64,000 bases of DNA from positions 512,001 to 576,000 of the forward strand of contig CAWAHW010000004.1 in assembly GCA_963781885.1 (NCBI GenBank). Reading direction: 5' to 3'. Position 1 is the first letter of the stretch, and every line of letters starts with the position of its first letter. This DNA is from an uncultured Spirochaetota bacterium (GTDB lineage: Bacteria; Spirochaetota; Spirochaetia; SZUA-6; Fen-1364). A program made the translations under genes and the position numbers. The notes below the pieces were generated by a model. It worked only from the letters and a program-made list of their open reading frames with translations. It was not told the origin of the DNA and did no database searches. Shown here piece after piece: positions 19,606-31,046 of the stretch.

Positions 19606-21030
19606 ATGGCAATCGGCAAGACTCCGAAGGAGATCGTCTCCTTCATCTCGACGCAGAAAGTGGAGGTCGTCGACCTGCGCTTCATGGACTTCCCCGGGCT
19701 CTGGCAGCATTTCTCCGTCCCCGCGCGCGAGCTCACCGAGGAGGTCTTCGAAAAGGGTCTCGGCTTCGATGGATCGAGCATCAGGGGCTGGCAGGCGATC
19801 AACGAGTCCGACATGCTCGTGAAGCCGGTGGCGGACACGGCATTCATCGATCCGTTCCTCGCGGCGAAGACCCTCGTCGTGATCTGCAATATCTGCGACC
19901 CTCTCACCGGTGAAGACTACACGCGCGACCCGCGGAACATTTCCCGCAAGGCGGAGGCCTTCCTCAAGGGCACGGGGCTTGCCGACATCCCCTACTTCGG
20001 CCCCGAATGCGAGTTCTTCGTGTTCGACGACATCCGCTACGACCAGAACGAGCACGAGGGCTACTACCACATCGACTCCGTGGAAGGCCGCTGGAACACG
20101 GGGCGCAAAGAGGACCCCAACCTCGGCTACAAGATCCGCTACAAGGAAGGCTACTTCCCCGTCCCGCCGAACGACACGCTGCAGGACATCCGATCCGAGA
20201 TGATGCTCACGCTGGAGTCCATCGGCATCCCCATCGAGGCACAGCACCACGAGGTGGCCACCGGCGGCCAGTGCGAGATCGACATGCGCTTCAACAACCT
20301 GATCACGATGGCCGACAACGTTTTGAAATACAAGTACATCGTGAAGAACACGGCCAAGAAGCACAACAAGGTCGTCACCTTCATGCCCAAACCGCTGTTC
20401 GGCGACAACGGCAGCGGCATGCACGTCCACATGTCCTTCTGGAAGGACGGCAAGAACCTGTTCGCCGGCGACGGGTACGCGGGGCTCTCCCAGATGGCGC
20501 TCCACGCCATCGGCGGGCTCCTGAAGCACGCGCCGTCCCTCCTCGCGTTCGCCACGCCGACGACGAACAGCTTCAAGCGCCTGGTGCCGGGCTTCGAGGC
20601 GCCGGTGAACCTCGCCTATTCGCGCCGGAACAGGAGCGCATCCATCCGCATCCCGATGTACTCGCCGTCGCCCAAGGCGAAGAGGCTGGAGTTCCGCTGC
20701 CCGGATCCGAGCTGCAACCCCTACCTCACCTTCTCCGCAATGCTCATGGCGGCGGTGGACGGCATCCAGAACAAGATCGACCCGGGACAGCCCCTGGACA
20801 AGGACATCTACGACCTCCCGCCCGAGGAGCTCGCCGCGGTGCCGAAGACTCCGGGATCGCTCCGCGAGGTGCTCCGGTCGCTGCAGGCGGATCACGCCTA
20901 CCTCCTGAAGGGGGACGTGTTCACGACGGATGTCATCGAGACCTGGATCGACTACAAGATGAAGAACGAAGTGACGGCGCTGGATCTCCGACCGCATCCC
21001 TGGGAATACATGCTCTATTTCGATATCTGA
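19606..21030 (+). CDS. glnA: Glutamine synthetase type I (adenylylatable GSI-beta type)
   Basis: [38 protein letters not shown], adenylylation loop [11 protein letters not shown]; SD AAGGAGG. Confidence 0.97.
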   Translation: MAIGKTPKEIVSFISTQKVEVVDLRFMDFPGLWQHFSVPARELTEEVFEKGLGFDGSSIRGWQAINESDMLVKPVADTAFIDPFLAAKTLVVICNICDPLTGEDYTRDPRNISRKAEAFLKGTGLADIPYFGPECEFFVFDDIRYDQNEHEGYYHIDSVEGRWNTGRKEDPNLGYKIRYKEGYFPVPPNDTLQDIRSEMMLTLESIGIPIEAQHHEVATGGQCEIDMRFNNLITMADNVLKYKYIVKNTAKKHNKVVTFMPKPLFGDNGSGMHVHMSFWKDGKNLFAGDGYAGLSQMALHAIGGLLKHAPSLLAFATPTTNSFKRLVPGFEAPVNLAYSRRNRSASIRIPMYSPSPKAKRLEFRCPDPSCNPYLTFSAMLMAAVDGIQNKIDPGQPLDKDIYDLPPEELAAVPKTPGSLREVLRSLQADHAYLLKGDVFTTDVIETWIDYKMKNEVTALDLRPHPWEYMLYFDI

Positions 21031-21051
21031 TAGTCCGATTCCTTCCTCCTT

Positions 21052-21081
21052 GGCCCCCCCTCTCGGGGGGCCGTCTTTTTT
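21052..21081 (+). terminator. Rho-independent terminator after glnA
   Basis: GGCCCCCC/GGGGGGCC stem followed by gtcTTTTTT. Confidence 0.8.
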
Positions 21082-21109
21082 CCCGCACCTTGTGATAGAA
21101 TGACCAGCT

Positions 21110-21901
21110 GTGAAGGCTTTGCCGCAGAGTGCTCCCGACTGGTGCTTCTTCAAGCCCGGCATGGACGCCCGCACCTATTACGCGCGTCTGAAGGCCATCG
21201 GGTATGCGGGTGCAGAGCTCGTCGATCCCGTTCGATGGGAGGCGGCGGACGCGGCCGGGCTCCCCATCGTCGCGGTGGCCGCCCCCGGGATGGAGGAAGG
21301 GCTGGGCGTCGCCGCGCACCATGCGGCGCTCCTGCCGCAGATTCGGGCGTGCATGGAAAAGGCGGCGGCGCACGGCATCCCGCAGGTGATCGTCTTCAGC
21401 GGCAACCGCGAAGGCCGGCCCGGCGAGGAGTGCTTTTCGCATTGCGTCGCGGCAATGCGGCCCCTCGCCCGGGACGCCGAACGGCTCGGCCTCACCCTCA
21501 TCATCGAGATGCTGAACGGGACCGATCACCCGGACTACGCCGCCGACAGCTCGCGTTTCGGTTTCGACCTTGCGCGCGCCGTGGGCTCCCCCCGCTTCAA
21601 GGTCCTCTATGACATCTACCACATGCATCGCATGGGTGAAGACGTGACGGCGGACATCCTGGGAAATCTCCCGCTCATCGGACACCTCCACATTGCCGGC
21701 AGCCCCCGCCGGGACTTCCCGGGAACACGGCAGGAGATCGACTACCTGCGCATCGTGAAAGAGGTCGTCCGTGCGGGCTATACCGGTCTCTGGGGCCAGG
21801 AATGGCGTCCCGCGCACGATGATCCATGGAGCGAGCTGGAGGCTGCATTCATGCTCTTCACCCGCTACGCCGCCGAAGCGACCGTTCGCGACGGCGTTTA
21901 G
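21110..21901 (+). CDS. Hydroxypyruvate isomerase-family TIM barrel protein
   Basis: VIVFSGNR, IEMLN..DHPDY, LYDIYHM, HLHIAGSPRR, GQEW. Confidence 0.85.
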   Translation: MKALPQSAPDWCFFKPGMDARTYYARLKAIGYAGAELVDPVRWEAADAAGLPIVAVAAPGMEEGLGVAAHHAALLPQIRACMEKAAAHGIPQVIVFSGNREGRPGEECFSHCVAAMRPLARDAERLGLTLIIEMLNGTDHPDYAADSSRFGFDLARAVGSPRFKVLYDIYHMHRMGEDVTADILGNLPLIGHLHIAGSPRRDFPGTRQEIDYLRIVKEVVRAGYTGLWGQEWRPAHDDPWSELEAAFMLFTRYAAEATVRDGV

Positions 21902-21944
21902 CGGCCGCCCAACTCCGCGGACAGAGTGGAAGGGCAGACTCCGC

Positions 21945-23894
21945 TCATCGCGAAAGATTCCCCCGGATGAGGGAGACGAGCCCGGCAGGGTCGCTTTCCG
22001 CCAGCCGTGACAACACCCTTTTCCAGCGATAGGCGAAGCTCCCCTGCTCCTGGTCGGGAAGGTGCGCGAACAGCGTGTCGAATGCCTTGCGACGGCGCAC
22101 GTAGTCTTCCTGGAGACGCCGCAGCCTCTCCTCCAGGGTACCGAGGTAGACGCTGGTGAAGCCCGCGACGTCCGGCAGGAAGTCCGCCCTCCGGCGCACG
22201 GGGAGCGCGTAGGACGGGGCGAACTCCTCCAGGGGGCTTGCGTAGTCGTTGAAAGCCCCCGTATGGTCGGCGAGCACGATGTCGGCGGGCATTCCCGCCT
22301 CATCGAACACCATCACCTCGTCACCGTCGTCAAAGAGAGGACTGCCCCGCGCGTCGCAGCGGCCGACGACGATATTCGGCGCAGCCGCGCTCCCCAGCAG
22401 CCGCGCGAACTCCCGGGCGAAAACCTCCGATTCGAATCTGCGGGGTGGGAGCTTGTCGGTTGCCGTGCCGCGGATGTAGGCGCGCTCGAAGTACGGCGTC
22501 CAGATCGGGAAGGCGCCGCCCTCGCGCGTTTCATAGCGCTCGCTGATCCGCCGGGCCGCGATGCGGGCAGGAAGGTTCACGCCGAGCTGCCGGCAGCCAA
22601 GGCGCCGGTCCAGGATGTATTCCGTGTACTCCTCCGCCCTGATCATTGCATCCAGGAGACCGTCGCCCCGCTCGAGGTATTCCCGCACCCCCTGCTTCTG
22701 CATGCGGATGATGGACACGATCTCTTCGGGACTCTGCCGCTGTTTCAGCACCGCAACATACACGTCACGCCGCCCCCCCATGGCCGGTCTGCGGGACAGT
22801 GAGCTCACCACCCGACCGATATTCACGTGCTCCAGGTCCCCGTACTCGCGCACAAAATTGAAGATGAGCTTCCGCGGTTTCTCATCCGAAAGCCGGGCAA
22901 GCTCGGGGTCGGCGCTTCCGGTCGCCTGCTCCATGACGGGATCGAAGATGATCTCCCCCTGCTCGAAGCGGCCCCCGGGAAGCCATTCGATCTGGAGGAA
23001 GAACTCGGGGCTCAGGCCGAGCAGCGGCTCCTCCGCGGCCTGCTCGTCCTCGCGGCCCAGGAGCGCGCTTGCCATGCGGTTCCGCCATTCTATTGCATCG
23101 GGATCATCGCGGCGCAGCTCGGGTTTCACGCGGGAGACGAACAGCGCGGCCAGGTCCTCCCACGCCCGACGCAGCCCGGCGGGATCGAGGGAGCCCCAGT
23201 CCGGCCGCGCGAGATCGGCGCGTGGAATCCCCGTTCCCGGTGGAAAGAATGCGAGCTCGGGATAACCGGCGGCATTCCGCCTGCCGGCAAAATCGACGAT
23301 CTCCAAGAGCTGCGCGCGCAGGGACGCGTCGTCCAGGAGACCCAGCTCCTCGAAGCCCTGGCAGGTGAGATAGCGCACGCCCGTTGCAAGCCCGTAGTAG
23401 TAGATCTCGCGGCCGCCAATGCCGATCCGCGCGGATTCGATCAGCGCGCGCATCTCATCCGGTGTCTTGGGCAGGGGCGTGACGCGCCACAATTCGCCCC
23501 GCTCCCGGATGGCATCACGCACCCGCGCGTTGAGAACCCCGAGGAAATGGATCCTGTGCTTCGGCAGGAGCCGCTGGAGCATCTCGTCGGCCTGGAACGC
23601 CAGCGGCATTGCAAGCGGATCGGGTCGGATCAGGACCGCGTCGCGCGCGACGATCAGATCGACCGCGGCCTGCCATTCGAGATCCATCTCGGGCGGGCTG
23701 AGATCGGCAAGCCCCGCGCGGCGCCGCTCCGCGGCATACCAGTCGACGAATGCGTTGCGCTGCATCACGTGGATGCCCGGAAGCGTTACCAGGAGATCGT
23801 GGCGGGGAAATGCCGTCGCGATCCGCGGCGGGGATTTTCCGGTCGCAGCGGCGGCAAAAAGCGGCTCCCCGAGGAAGGTGATGGCAGCGCTCAT
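21945..23894 (-). CDS. Uncharacterised 649-aa protein with putative C-terminal protein-kinase-like domain
   Basis: Long ORF 7 bp downstream of the UroD-like gene; kinase-like motif order (see findings). The function is inference. Confidence 0.7.
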   Translation of the reverse strand: MSAAITFLGEPLFAAAATGKSPPRIATAFPRHDLLVTLPGIHVMQRNAFVDWYAAERRRAGLADLSPPEMDLEWQAAVDLIVARDAVLIRPDPLAMPLAFQADEMLQRLLPKHRIHFLGVLNARVRDAIRERGELWRVTPLPKTPDEMRALIESARIGIGGREIYYYGLATGVRYLTCQGFEELGLLDDASLRAQLLEIVDFAGRRNAAGYPELAFFPPGTGIPRADLARPDWGSLDPAGLRRAWEDLAALFVSRVKPELRRDDPDAIEWRNRMASALLGREDEQAAEEPLLGLSPEFFLQIEWLPGGRFEQGEIIFDPVMEQATGSADPELARLSDEKPRKLIFNFVREYGDLEHVNIGRVVSSLSRRPAMGGRRDVYVAVLKQRQSPEEIVSIIRMQKQGVREYLERGDGLLDAMIRAEEYTEYILDRRLGCRQLGVNLPARIAARRISERYETREGGAFPIWTPYFERAYIRGTATDKLPPRRFESEVFAREFARLLGSAAAPNIVVGRCDARGSPLFDDGDEVMVFDEAGMPADIVLADHTGAFNDYASPLEEFAPSYALPVRRRADFLPDVAGFTSVYLGTLEERLRRLQEDYVRRRKAFDTLFAHLPDQEQGSFAYRWKRVLSRLAESDPAGLVSLIRGNLSR

Positions 23895-23901
23895 GTCCGT
23901 C

Positions 23902-24955
23902 TCAGCCCGACGCGTGGCCCGTCTCGTAGAGCGCGACGATATTCTCCGGCGGGCTCACCGCCTGGATATTGTGGCAGGGAGCGAGGATGTAGCCGCCGCC
24001 CTCCCCGAGGATGCGCAGGTTGTCCTCCACCTCCCGGCGCACGTCATCGACGCTGCCGAACGGCAGCGTCCTCTGGTTGTCCACGCCGCCGTGGAAGACC
24101 AGACGTCCGCCGAAGTCGCGCTTCAGCCCTTCCCGCTCCATGCCGCCGCAGCGCCACTGGATGGGGTTGAGCACGTCGATGCCCGCCTCGATCATGTCGG
24201 GGATGATGCGCCGGATGCCGCCGTCGTTGTGATGGAACACGAAGGCGCCCGCCTGGTGGACCACGTCGAATGATGCGCTTCATGCGGGGGATGAGGAACT
24301 CGCGGATCTGCGCCGGCGACAGCATGAGATCGTCCTGCGCCCCCATGTCCTCGGCGACGTAGGAGAAGGTCACCTTGCCGGGGATTGCGTCGAATATCGC
24401 CTGGGTGTCGGCATAGGCGAGATCGAAGAGCCGGTCGAGGCACCAATGCGCGATGTCGGGCTTTTCGATCAGGTCCACGAATGCCTGCTCGTCGCCCCGA
24501 AGGTCCTTGTAGATGAGGAAAGGCTCCGAGCCGCCTCCCCTCACGGGAAACCGCCCGTGCGCCGCCACTTCCGCGGCGATGCAGGAGTAGTCCATCCAGT
24601 CGGGGCTCGGCCAGCGATAGCCCGCCTTGATATCCGCAAGGGTTTCGAAACCCGCCAGCGGATGATGAATACACTCGCGGTAGGAGCCCGTGCCATAGGA
24701 GACGCTGCGGTAGCGGCAGCCGAACGCATCGGTGTCCGGTGGAAGGGCCGGCCCGGCATAGCGCGGCTGGGCAAGGAACGGCTTGTCGATGTGCAGGCGG
24801 TCGTACATCTGCTCCACGGTGGCGCAGCCGAGATGCTTCATGAGCCGCGCGGTTGCTTCATCCGTCGCCCAGTAGTCCATCGGAACCCTGTCGGGCCTTT
24901 TCCGATTGAGGACCGCGAGCCATCTCTCCCGGGGGCTCATGGTGTCTTTTGCCAT
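23902..24955 (-). CDS. Uroporphyrinogen decarboxylase/MtaA-CmuA family protein, frameshift near 24270
   Basis: MSPRER...PDRVP, EDMGAQ, FHHNDG, FHGGVDNQ, GGYILAPCHNIQ; removing one T restores MKRIIDVVHQAG. Confidence 0.82.
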
Positions 24956-25058
24956 GAGACGATTGGGCGCCCGAGTGTGCTCCCTTGTCAACTCATCGGG
25001 CGCGAGGTGCGTGCCCCACGTGGGCGCGGACCGGCGTTTCTGCTACAATGCCGGCGCA

Positions 25059-28000
25059 ATGACAGTCTCTGCTTCGATCGCCGGCTCCGAAAAAGACCGA
25101 ACGCTCCCCGACGAGCATCGCGCGCGCATGGACGCGCGGTATTTCGTGCGCTTCACGCAGCCGGAAATCGACCGCCACGTCGAGGCCATGACGTCGCTGG
25201 GTCCCGCGCGGCCCGTCGCGCTCATCGTGGAGCCGCTGTCCGCCCACGAGGACGCGCAGGAGCTCGCCTGCACGGTCGTCGCCTTCGACCACCCCGGGGC
25301 ATTCTCCGCGATCGCCGGCATCCTCTCCTCGTTGGGCTTCGACATTCATGCAGGAGACATCTTCACGTGGCAGCCGCCGTCACGGAGCGCGCCGAAGGAT
25401 CCCGGCCTGCGGCGCCGCCGCATCGTTGACCGGTTGAGCGGCCGCGTTGCTCCCGACCAGTGGGACTCGTCCTGGCCCGCGCGCGCGGAGGAGAGGCTCC
25501 GCGAGGTGTTCGGACTCCTGGAGGCAGGCGGGGACGCCGCGGCGCGCGCGCGCCAGATCGTGAATGAAATGGCCGCACGCGCCCTGGGCCAGGGCGCCAC
25601 CGCGGCCCGCACGCTCTATCCCGTGCAGATCGAGGTGGGCAACGCGGGCGGCCGCACGCGCATGCGGGTCCTCTCGCAGGACACCCCCTTCTTCCTCTTC
25701 ACGTTTTCCACCGCCCTCACCCTCCAGGAGGTGTCGATCGAGCACGTCACCATCCGCACCGACGGGGGGCGCATCGAGGACGAGTTCGAGTTCGTCGACG
25801 CGCAGGGCAGACCCATCGAGGAGCCGGATCGCATCGACCGCATCAAGCTTTCCGTGCTCCTTACGAAGCAGTTCTCGTCGTTCCTGGAGAGCGCCCCCGA
25901 TCCTCTCGCCGCGCTCACCCGGTTCGAGCAGCTCGTGAAGGACGTGCTCGCCCGACCCCAGCAGGGACGGTGGGTGGAGCTGCTCTCCGACCAGAGCGTG
26001 CTGCGCGATCTCGCCCAGCTCCTCGGCGCGAGCACGTTCCTCTGGGAGGACTTCGTTCGCCTCCAGTACGAAGAGCTTCTCCCCATGCTCGCGCCCCACC
26101 TGGGCGGCGCGCGCTTTTCCGAGCCCCTGGAGGAGACGCCCGGGCGGCTGCGCGCGGCGCTCGCTGGCGCGGCAGACAGCGCCGATTTTGAGCGCCGCCT
26201 GAACGAGTTCAAGGACAGGGAGATCTATCTCTACGACCTGGACCACATCCTCACCACCCGGCGGGCAGCGGAATCATCCACCGGGGACGCCGCGGCCCCT
26301 GCCGCGTCATTTGAATCGGACTTCCTCCTCCTGAGCCGACGCCTGACCGCTCTTGCGGAAGCCGTCGTGGATGCCGCCGCGGCCCACGCATTCCGCGTGC
26401 TCGCCGAGCGATACGGTGAGCCGCGGACCGTCGCCGCGCTACCCGTGCGCTACGCGATACTCGGTCTGGGCAAGATGGGCGGCGCCGCCCTCGGGTATGC
26501 CTCCGACATCGAATGCCTCGTGGTCTACAGCGACAATGGGTCCACCGCGGGTCCGGAGAAGATCGAGAACCGCGAGTTTTTCGACATGATGGTCCGCGAG
26601 CTGCTCCGTCTCGTGCATGCCAAGCGCGAAGGGATATTCCACATCGACCTGCGGCTGCGCCCCTATGGGGCAGCGGGTCCGCTGGGATGCAGCCTGGAAA
26701 GCTTCTGCACGTACTACGCGCGGGGCGGCCCGGCGCACTCCTACGAAAGGCTTTCCCTCGTGCGCCTGCGCGCCATCGGCGGCGACCGGACATTCGGCAG
26801 CCAGATCGAGCGCCTGCGCGACGAGATGGTCTACTCGGCGGAGAGCATCGACCTCACCGCGCTGCGGGCGCTGCGGGCGCGGCAGGTGCAGGAAAAGACG
26901 GAACCCGGCCGGCTCAACGCGAAGTTCAGCCCCGGCGCGCTCGTCGACCTGGAATACGCCGTGCAGATCCTCCAGGTGATCCATGGCGCAACGGAGCGCC
27001 GGCTGCGCACGCCGCGCATCCACGAGGCGCTGGACGCCCTTGCCTCCATCGGCGTCGTTGAAAAGACGGAAGCGATCGAGCTGGTGGCCGCGTACCGCTT
27101 CTTCCGCCGGCTCATCAACGGCCTGCGCATGCTCCGCGGCTCCGCGCGCGACCTGGTGATCCCCGTTCTCGATTCCGACGAGTACCTCCATCTGGCGCGC
27201 CGCATGGGCTATGCTGGCGCGCCGGCCCTCACCCCCGCGCAGAAGCTGCACCTGGACTTCGAGACGAGCACGGCGGGGGTGCGCGCCTTCGTGGAGCGCC
27301 ACTTCGGCAGGGACAGCCTGCCCGGCGCGCCCGTGGTGACGGTGGCGGACCTGATCCTCTCCGATGCGATTTCCCCGGCCCTTTGCGCGCGCACGCTGGA
27401 GGAGCGGGGTTTCCGCGAGCCTGCCCGCGCGCTGCTCAACCTCCGGCACATCCGCGGCGAAGGGCGCACGCTTTTCGCGCGGCTTGCGATACTCGCCTGC
27501 GACATGCTGTCGCATCGCCCCGACCCCGACATGGCGCTCAACAACTGGGAGCGCTTTCTTCACGCGCTGCCCGATCCGCAGGCGCACCTGCAGGAGATGC
27601 TGTCGCAGCCGATGCGGCTGGAAATCCTGCTCAGCATCTTCTCCGCGAGCCAGTTCCTCGCCGACACGCTTGTGCGGGAACCGGCCCTGCTTGATTTCAT
27701 CGGCAGCGCGGAAGCCCTCCACGCGCCCCGCGCGAGCGCGGCGGTGGCCGCGGAGCTTGCCGCGATTTCCGCGCGCTGCGCCGACCGGGAGCAGTGGCGC
27801 GACGCGCTGCGTCGCTACCGGCGCCGCGAAATTCTCCGCATCGGCGCGCGCGATATCTGCCTTGGCGTCGCTACGCAGAAGATCATGGAAGAGCTCTCCG
27901 ATCTTGCCAACGGCGTCATCGAGGCGGCGCTCGTTCGGCTCCGGGCGTCGGCGCGCGGGGAGTCCGGTGGAATCAAGGGCTTCTGCATCGTCGCGTTCGG

Positions 28001-28836
28001 AAAGCTCGGCGCGCGGGAGCTGAATTACAGCTCGGACATCGACCTGCTCGCGCTGTGCACCGCGGACGGCACGTCCGATCCCGAAGAGGCGGCCACCCGG
28101 CTCATGGCGGACCTGCGCGCGGACCTCTCCTCCCACACGGTTGAAGGGTACGCCTACCGGGTGGACCTGCGCTTGCGTCCTTACGGCAGCTCGGGACAGC
28201 TCGTCTTCACGCTCCCGGGCCTCCTGGAATACTACACGACGAACGCGGCGCTGTGGGAGCTGCAGGCCCTGCTCAAAGCGCGCCCCGTTGCGGGCGACCT
28301 TGACGTCGGTGCGGCATTTCTCGAATCCGTGCGGCCAATGCTCGCCGCCCGGCACGACCCCGTCCAGGTGAGCCTCACGATCGACCGTCTCCGCCGGGAG
28401 GCGGTGCGCAGCCTTGCCCGCAGCATCCTCGCCACGCTGGACATCAAGACGGGTCTCGGCGGGCTGCGCGACGTCGAGTTCCTGGTCCAGGGCCTGCAGC
28501 TCGTCAATGCCCACGCCCGGCCCGAGCTCCTGTGCGGCGGCACGCTTCCCGCGCTGGAAGCCCTGGCAAAGGCAGGAATCCTGCCGTCCGATACCGCGGA
28601 CCAGCTCACGCGGGATTACATCTTCCTGCGACGGGTCGAGCATTTCCTGCAGATCTACCGAGGATCGCCAGACGCACAGCCTTCCGCAAGACCCTGCACA
28701 GCTGCGGGCGCTGGCCCGGCTCATGCTCGGCAGCACTGCCACGGGCGACCAGCTCCTCGCCGCGCTCTCTGACAGGTTCACGAGGATACGCGCCGTCTAC
28801 CAGGAGTTCCTTCGGCCGCCGGCGCAGGAGCCGTGA
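25059..28836 (+). CDS. glnE: Glutamine synthetase adenylyltransferase with N-terminal tandem ACT domains, frameshift near 28659
   Basis: Two GlnE NT domains (LGKMGGAALGYASDIE...DLRLRPYG; FGKLGARELNYSSDID...DLRLRPYG); removing one C restores LQIYEDRQTHSLP and ends at TGA 28836. Confidence 0.9.
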
Positions 28837-28854
28837 GCGCGGACGGTCGCCCGA

Positions 28855-30408
28855 CTACCGCAGCGGCCCGACCGCCTCGTTCACCCGGTCGATGATGGTG
28901 CCGGCCTTCAAGAGCGCGAGCATTGCCTCGATGTCGCGCGAGAGCTCCCGGTCCCGGTCGAGGACGGGTATCTTCTCCCGGCACGTCCTGTATGCAGCCT
29001 CGGTGCCGCGCCCCGGTCTTCCCTTCGTGAGCAGGTCCACCGCCTGGCATCCGCAGAGAAGCTCGATGGCAAGGACCGCCTCGGCGTTCGCGATGACGGT
29101 CCTGCACTTGCGCGCCGCGATCGTGCCCATGCTCACGTGGTCTTCCTTGTTCGCGGAGGTGGGGATGGAATCGACCGAGGCCGGGTGGCAGAGCACCTTG
29201 TTCTCCGAGACGAGCGCGGCGGCGGTGTACTGCGCGATCATGAAACCCGAGTTCACGCCGGAATCGTTCACGAGGAAAGCCGGCAGCCCGCTGAGCTGCG
29301 GGTTCACGAGCCTCTCGATCCGGCGCTCGGAAATGTCGGCGAGCTCCGCCGCGGCCATGCAGAGATAGTCGGCGGCGAGCGCGAGCGGCTGGCCGTGGAA
29401 GTTCCCGCCGAGCAGGAACTCACCGGTCTCGGGGAAGATGAGAGGATTCGTGGTGGCGGAATCCAGCTCGATCTCGACCACCCTGCGGACATGCGCGACA
29501 GCGTCGCGGCTTGCCCCGTGCACCTGCGGGGAGCAGCGCAGCGTGTAGGCGTCCTGTATCCTGCCGCAGTCCTTGTGGGACGACATGATCGCGCTGTCCC
29601 GCGTGATGCGGTACATGTTGTCCGCTGCCGCGATCTGGCCGGGGTGCGGGCGCGCGGCGTGGATGCGCGGGTCGAACTCCACGTTGGTGCCCATGAGCAC
29701 CTCCAGGCTGATGGAGGAGGCGATGTCCGCGGTGCGCATGAGCCTTTCCGCGTCGTGCACGGCAATGGCCGCGATCCCGGCCATCACCTGCGTACCGTTG
29801 ATGAGGGCAAGACCCTCCCCCGCGTCCAGCACGATGGGGCGCAGCCCCGCTGCCGCAAGCGCCTCCGCGCCGGTCATGCGCCGTCCCTTGAAACAGGCAT
29901 CGCCTTTGCCGATGAGCACCAGCGCGAGATGCGCCATGGGAGCAAGGTCTCCGCTTGCCCCGACGGACCCTTTCTCCGGCACGACAGGCGCGACGCCGGC
30001 GTTCAGAAGGTCCCGCAGCGCCTCCAGCGTCTCCCCGCGCAGCCCCGCGCGGCCGTGGGCGAGGTCCTGCACGCGCACCGCCATGGTGGCCCGCACGACC
30101 TCCTCCGCGAGCGGATCACCGACGCCCGCGGCATGGCTCATGAGGATGTTCTCCTGAAGCGCGCGCGTCTGCGCGGGCGGTATCGCCACGTCGCACAGCG
30201 CGCCGAAACCCGTTGTGACGCCGTAGACGGCGCGCCGCTCGGCGACCCATTTCTCCACGAGAGCGCGCGCCGCGCGGACCCGGCTCATGGCCTCGTCGGC
30301 GATCTGCACGCGCGCGCCGTGCCGCGCCACGGCGACCAGATCCTCAATCGAAAGAGGGCCGTCGCCCATTGTCACGGCCGCCGTCTGCGGCCGGGCCTTG
30401 ACGCTCAT
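28855..30408 (-). CDS. hutH: Histidine ammonia-lyase
   Basis: VYGVTTGFG, MIO motif GSVGASGDL, QDAYTLRC, GGNFHG, EDHVSMG. Confidence 0.96.
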   Translation of the reverse strand: MSVKARPQTAAVTMGDGPLSIEDLVAVARHGARVQIADEAMSRVRAARALVEKWVAERRAVYGVTTGFGALCDVAIPPAQTRALQENILMSHAAGVGDPLAEEVVRATMAVRVQDLAHGRAGLRGETLEALRDLLNAGVAPVVPEKGSVGASGDLAPMAHLALVLIGKGDACFKGRRMTGAEALAAAGLRPIVLDAGEGLALINGTQVMAGIAAIAVHDAERLMRTADIASSISLEVLMGTNVEFDPRIHAARPHPGQIAAADNMYRITRDSAIMSSHKDCGRIQDAYTLRCSPQVHGASRDAVAHVRRVVEIELDSATTNPLIFPETGEFLLGGNFHGQPLALAADYLCMAAAELADISERRIERLVNPQLSGLPAFLVNDSGVNSGFMIAQYTAAALVSENKVLCHPASVDSIPTSANKEDHVSMGTIAARKCRTVIANAEAVLAIELLCGCQAVDLLTKGRPGRGTEAAYRTCREKIPVLDRDRELSRDIEAMLALLKAGTIIDRVNEAVGPLR

Positions 30409-31046
30409 AGCGTCCCCTCCGAAAGATGCCTGCCGATTTCCCTGTCAATGTGCCCGGTGACGGAAAGCACCGATTCGAGGGTGCGCGCCGCCTGCTCATC
30501 GAGCCCCCTGCGGACGGACGCGTCGAGAATGCCGGGGAGATTGATGCGCACGTTGTATGCCGCGGCCCGGGCGCCCGCGCGCACCATGGCCGCGGCAGAG
30601 GCGGCATCCGTCACGCAGGAAGGGTCGCCGCGGAGGAAAACCTCCTCGACGACGGTCGCCAGGACGCCCAGGGTTTCCAGCGTCTCCAAAGGCACCTCGG
30701 CGCAGTGGATCAGGGCCGCCTGGAGCGCAGCCTTGCGCGCCGTGCGCGCGGGCTCCGTCGCGTGCGGCAGACGGCGCGCCTCCATCACGGCGGTGAATGC
30801 GTCGCAATCCTCCTGCACGAGGCAGCGCAGCCGGTCGCCGTGCTTCTCTGCGGCGTTCAGCGCATCCCGCAATTCCATCCAGGATGAGGCACGGCTCTCC
30901 TTTCCCAGCGTGATCCGGCACACCATGGCGCAGAGCGACGCCGCAAGCGCCCCGGAGAGCGCCGCGACGCTGCCGCCTCCCGGCGCCGGAGAGTCGGAGC
31001 CGAGCTCCGCGAGAAAATCTTCCATCGACATTGCTGAGAGCTTCAC
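30405..31046 (-). CDS. Formiminotetrahydrofolate cyclodeaminase/cyclohydrolase (FTCD C-terminal family)
   Basis: SPAPGGGSVAAL, AAYNVRINL; position within hut operon. Confidence 0.88.
   Translation of the reverse strand: MKLSAMSMEDFLAELGSDSPAPGGGSVAALSGALAASLCAMVCRITLGKESRASSWMELRDALNAAEKHGDRLRCLVQEDCDAFTAVMEARRLPHATEPARTARKAALQAALIHCAEVPLETLETLGVLATVVEEVFLRGDPSCVTDAASAAAMVRAGARAAAYNVRINLPGILDASVRRGLDEQAARTLESVLSVTGHIDREIGRHLSEGTL

Noticed and set aside
26439-28781. Long antisense and alternative-frame ORFs (e.g. 780 aa here, 802 aa at 41687-44095, 583 aa opposite glnA)
   Set aside because: Shadow ORFs expected at high GC; they overlap well-supported genes and show no recognisable motifs.
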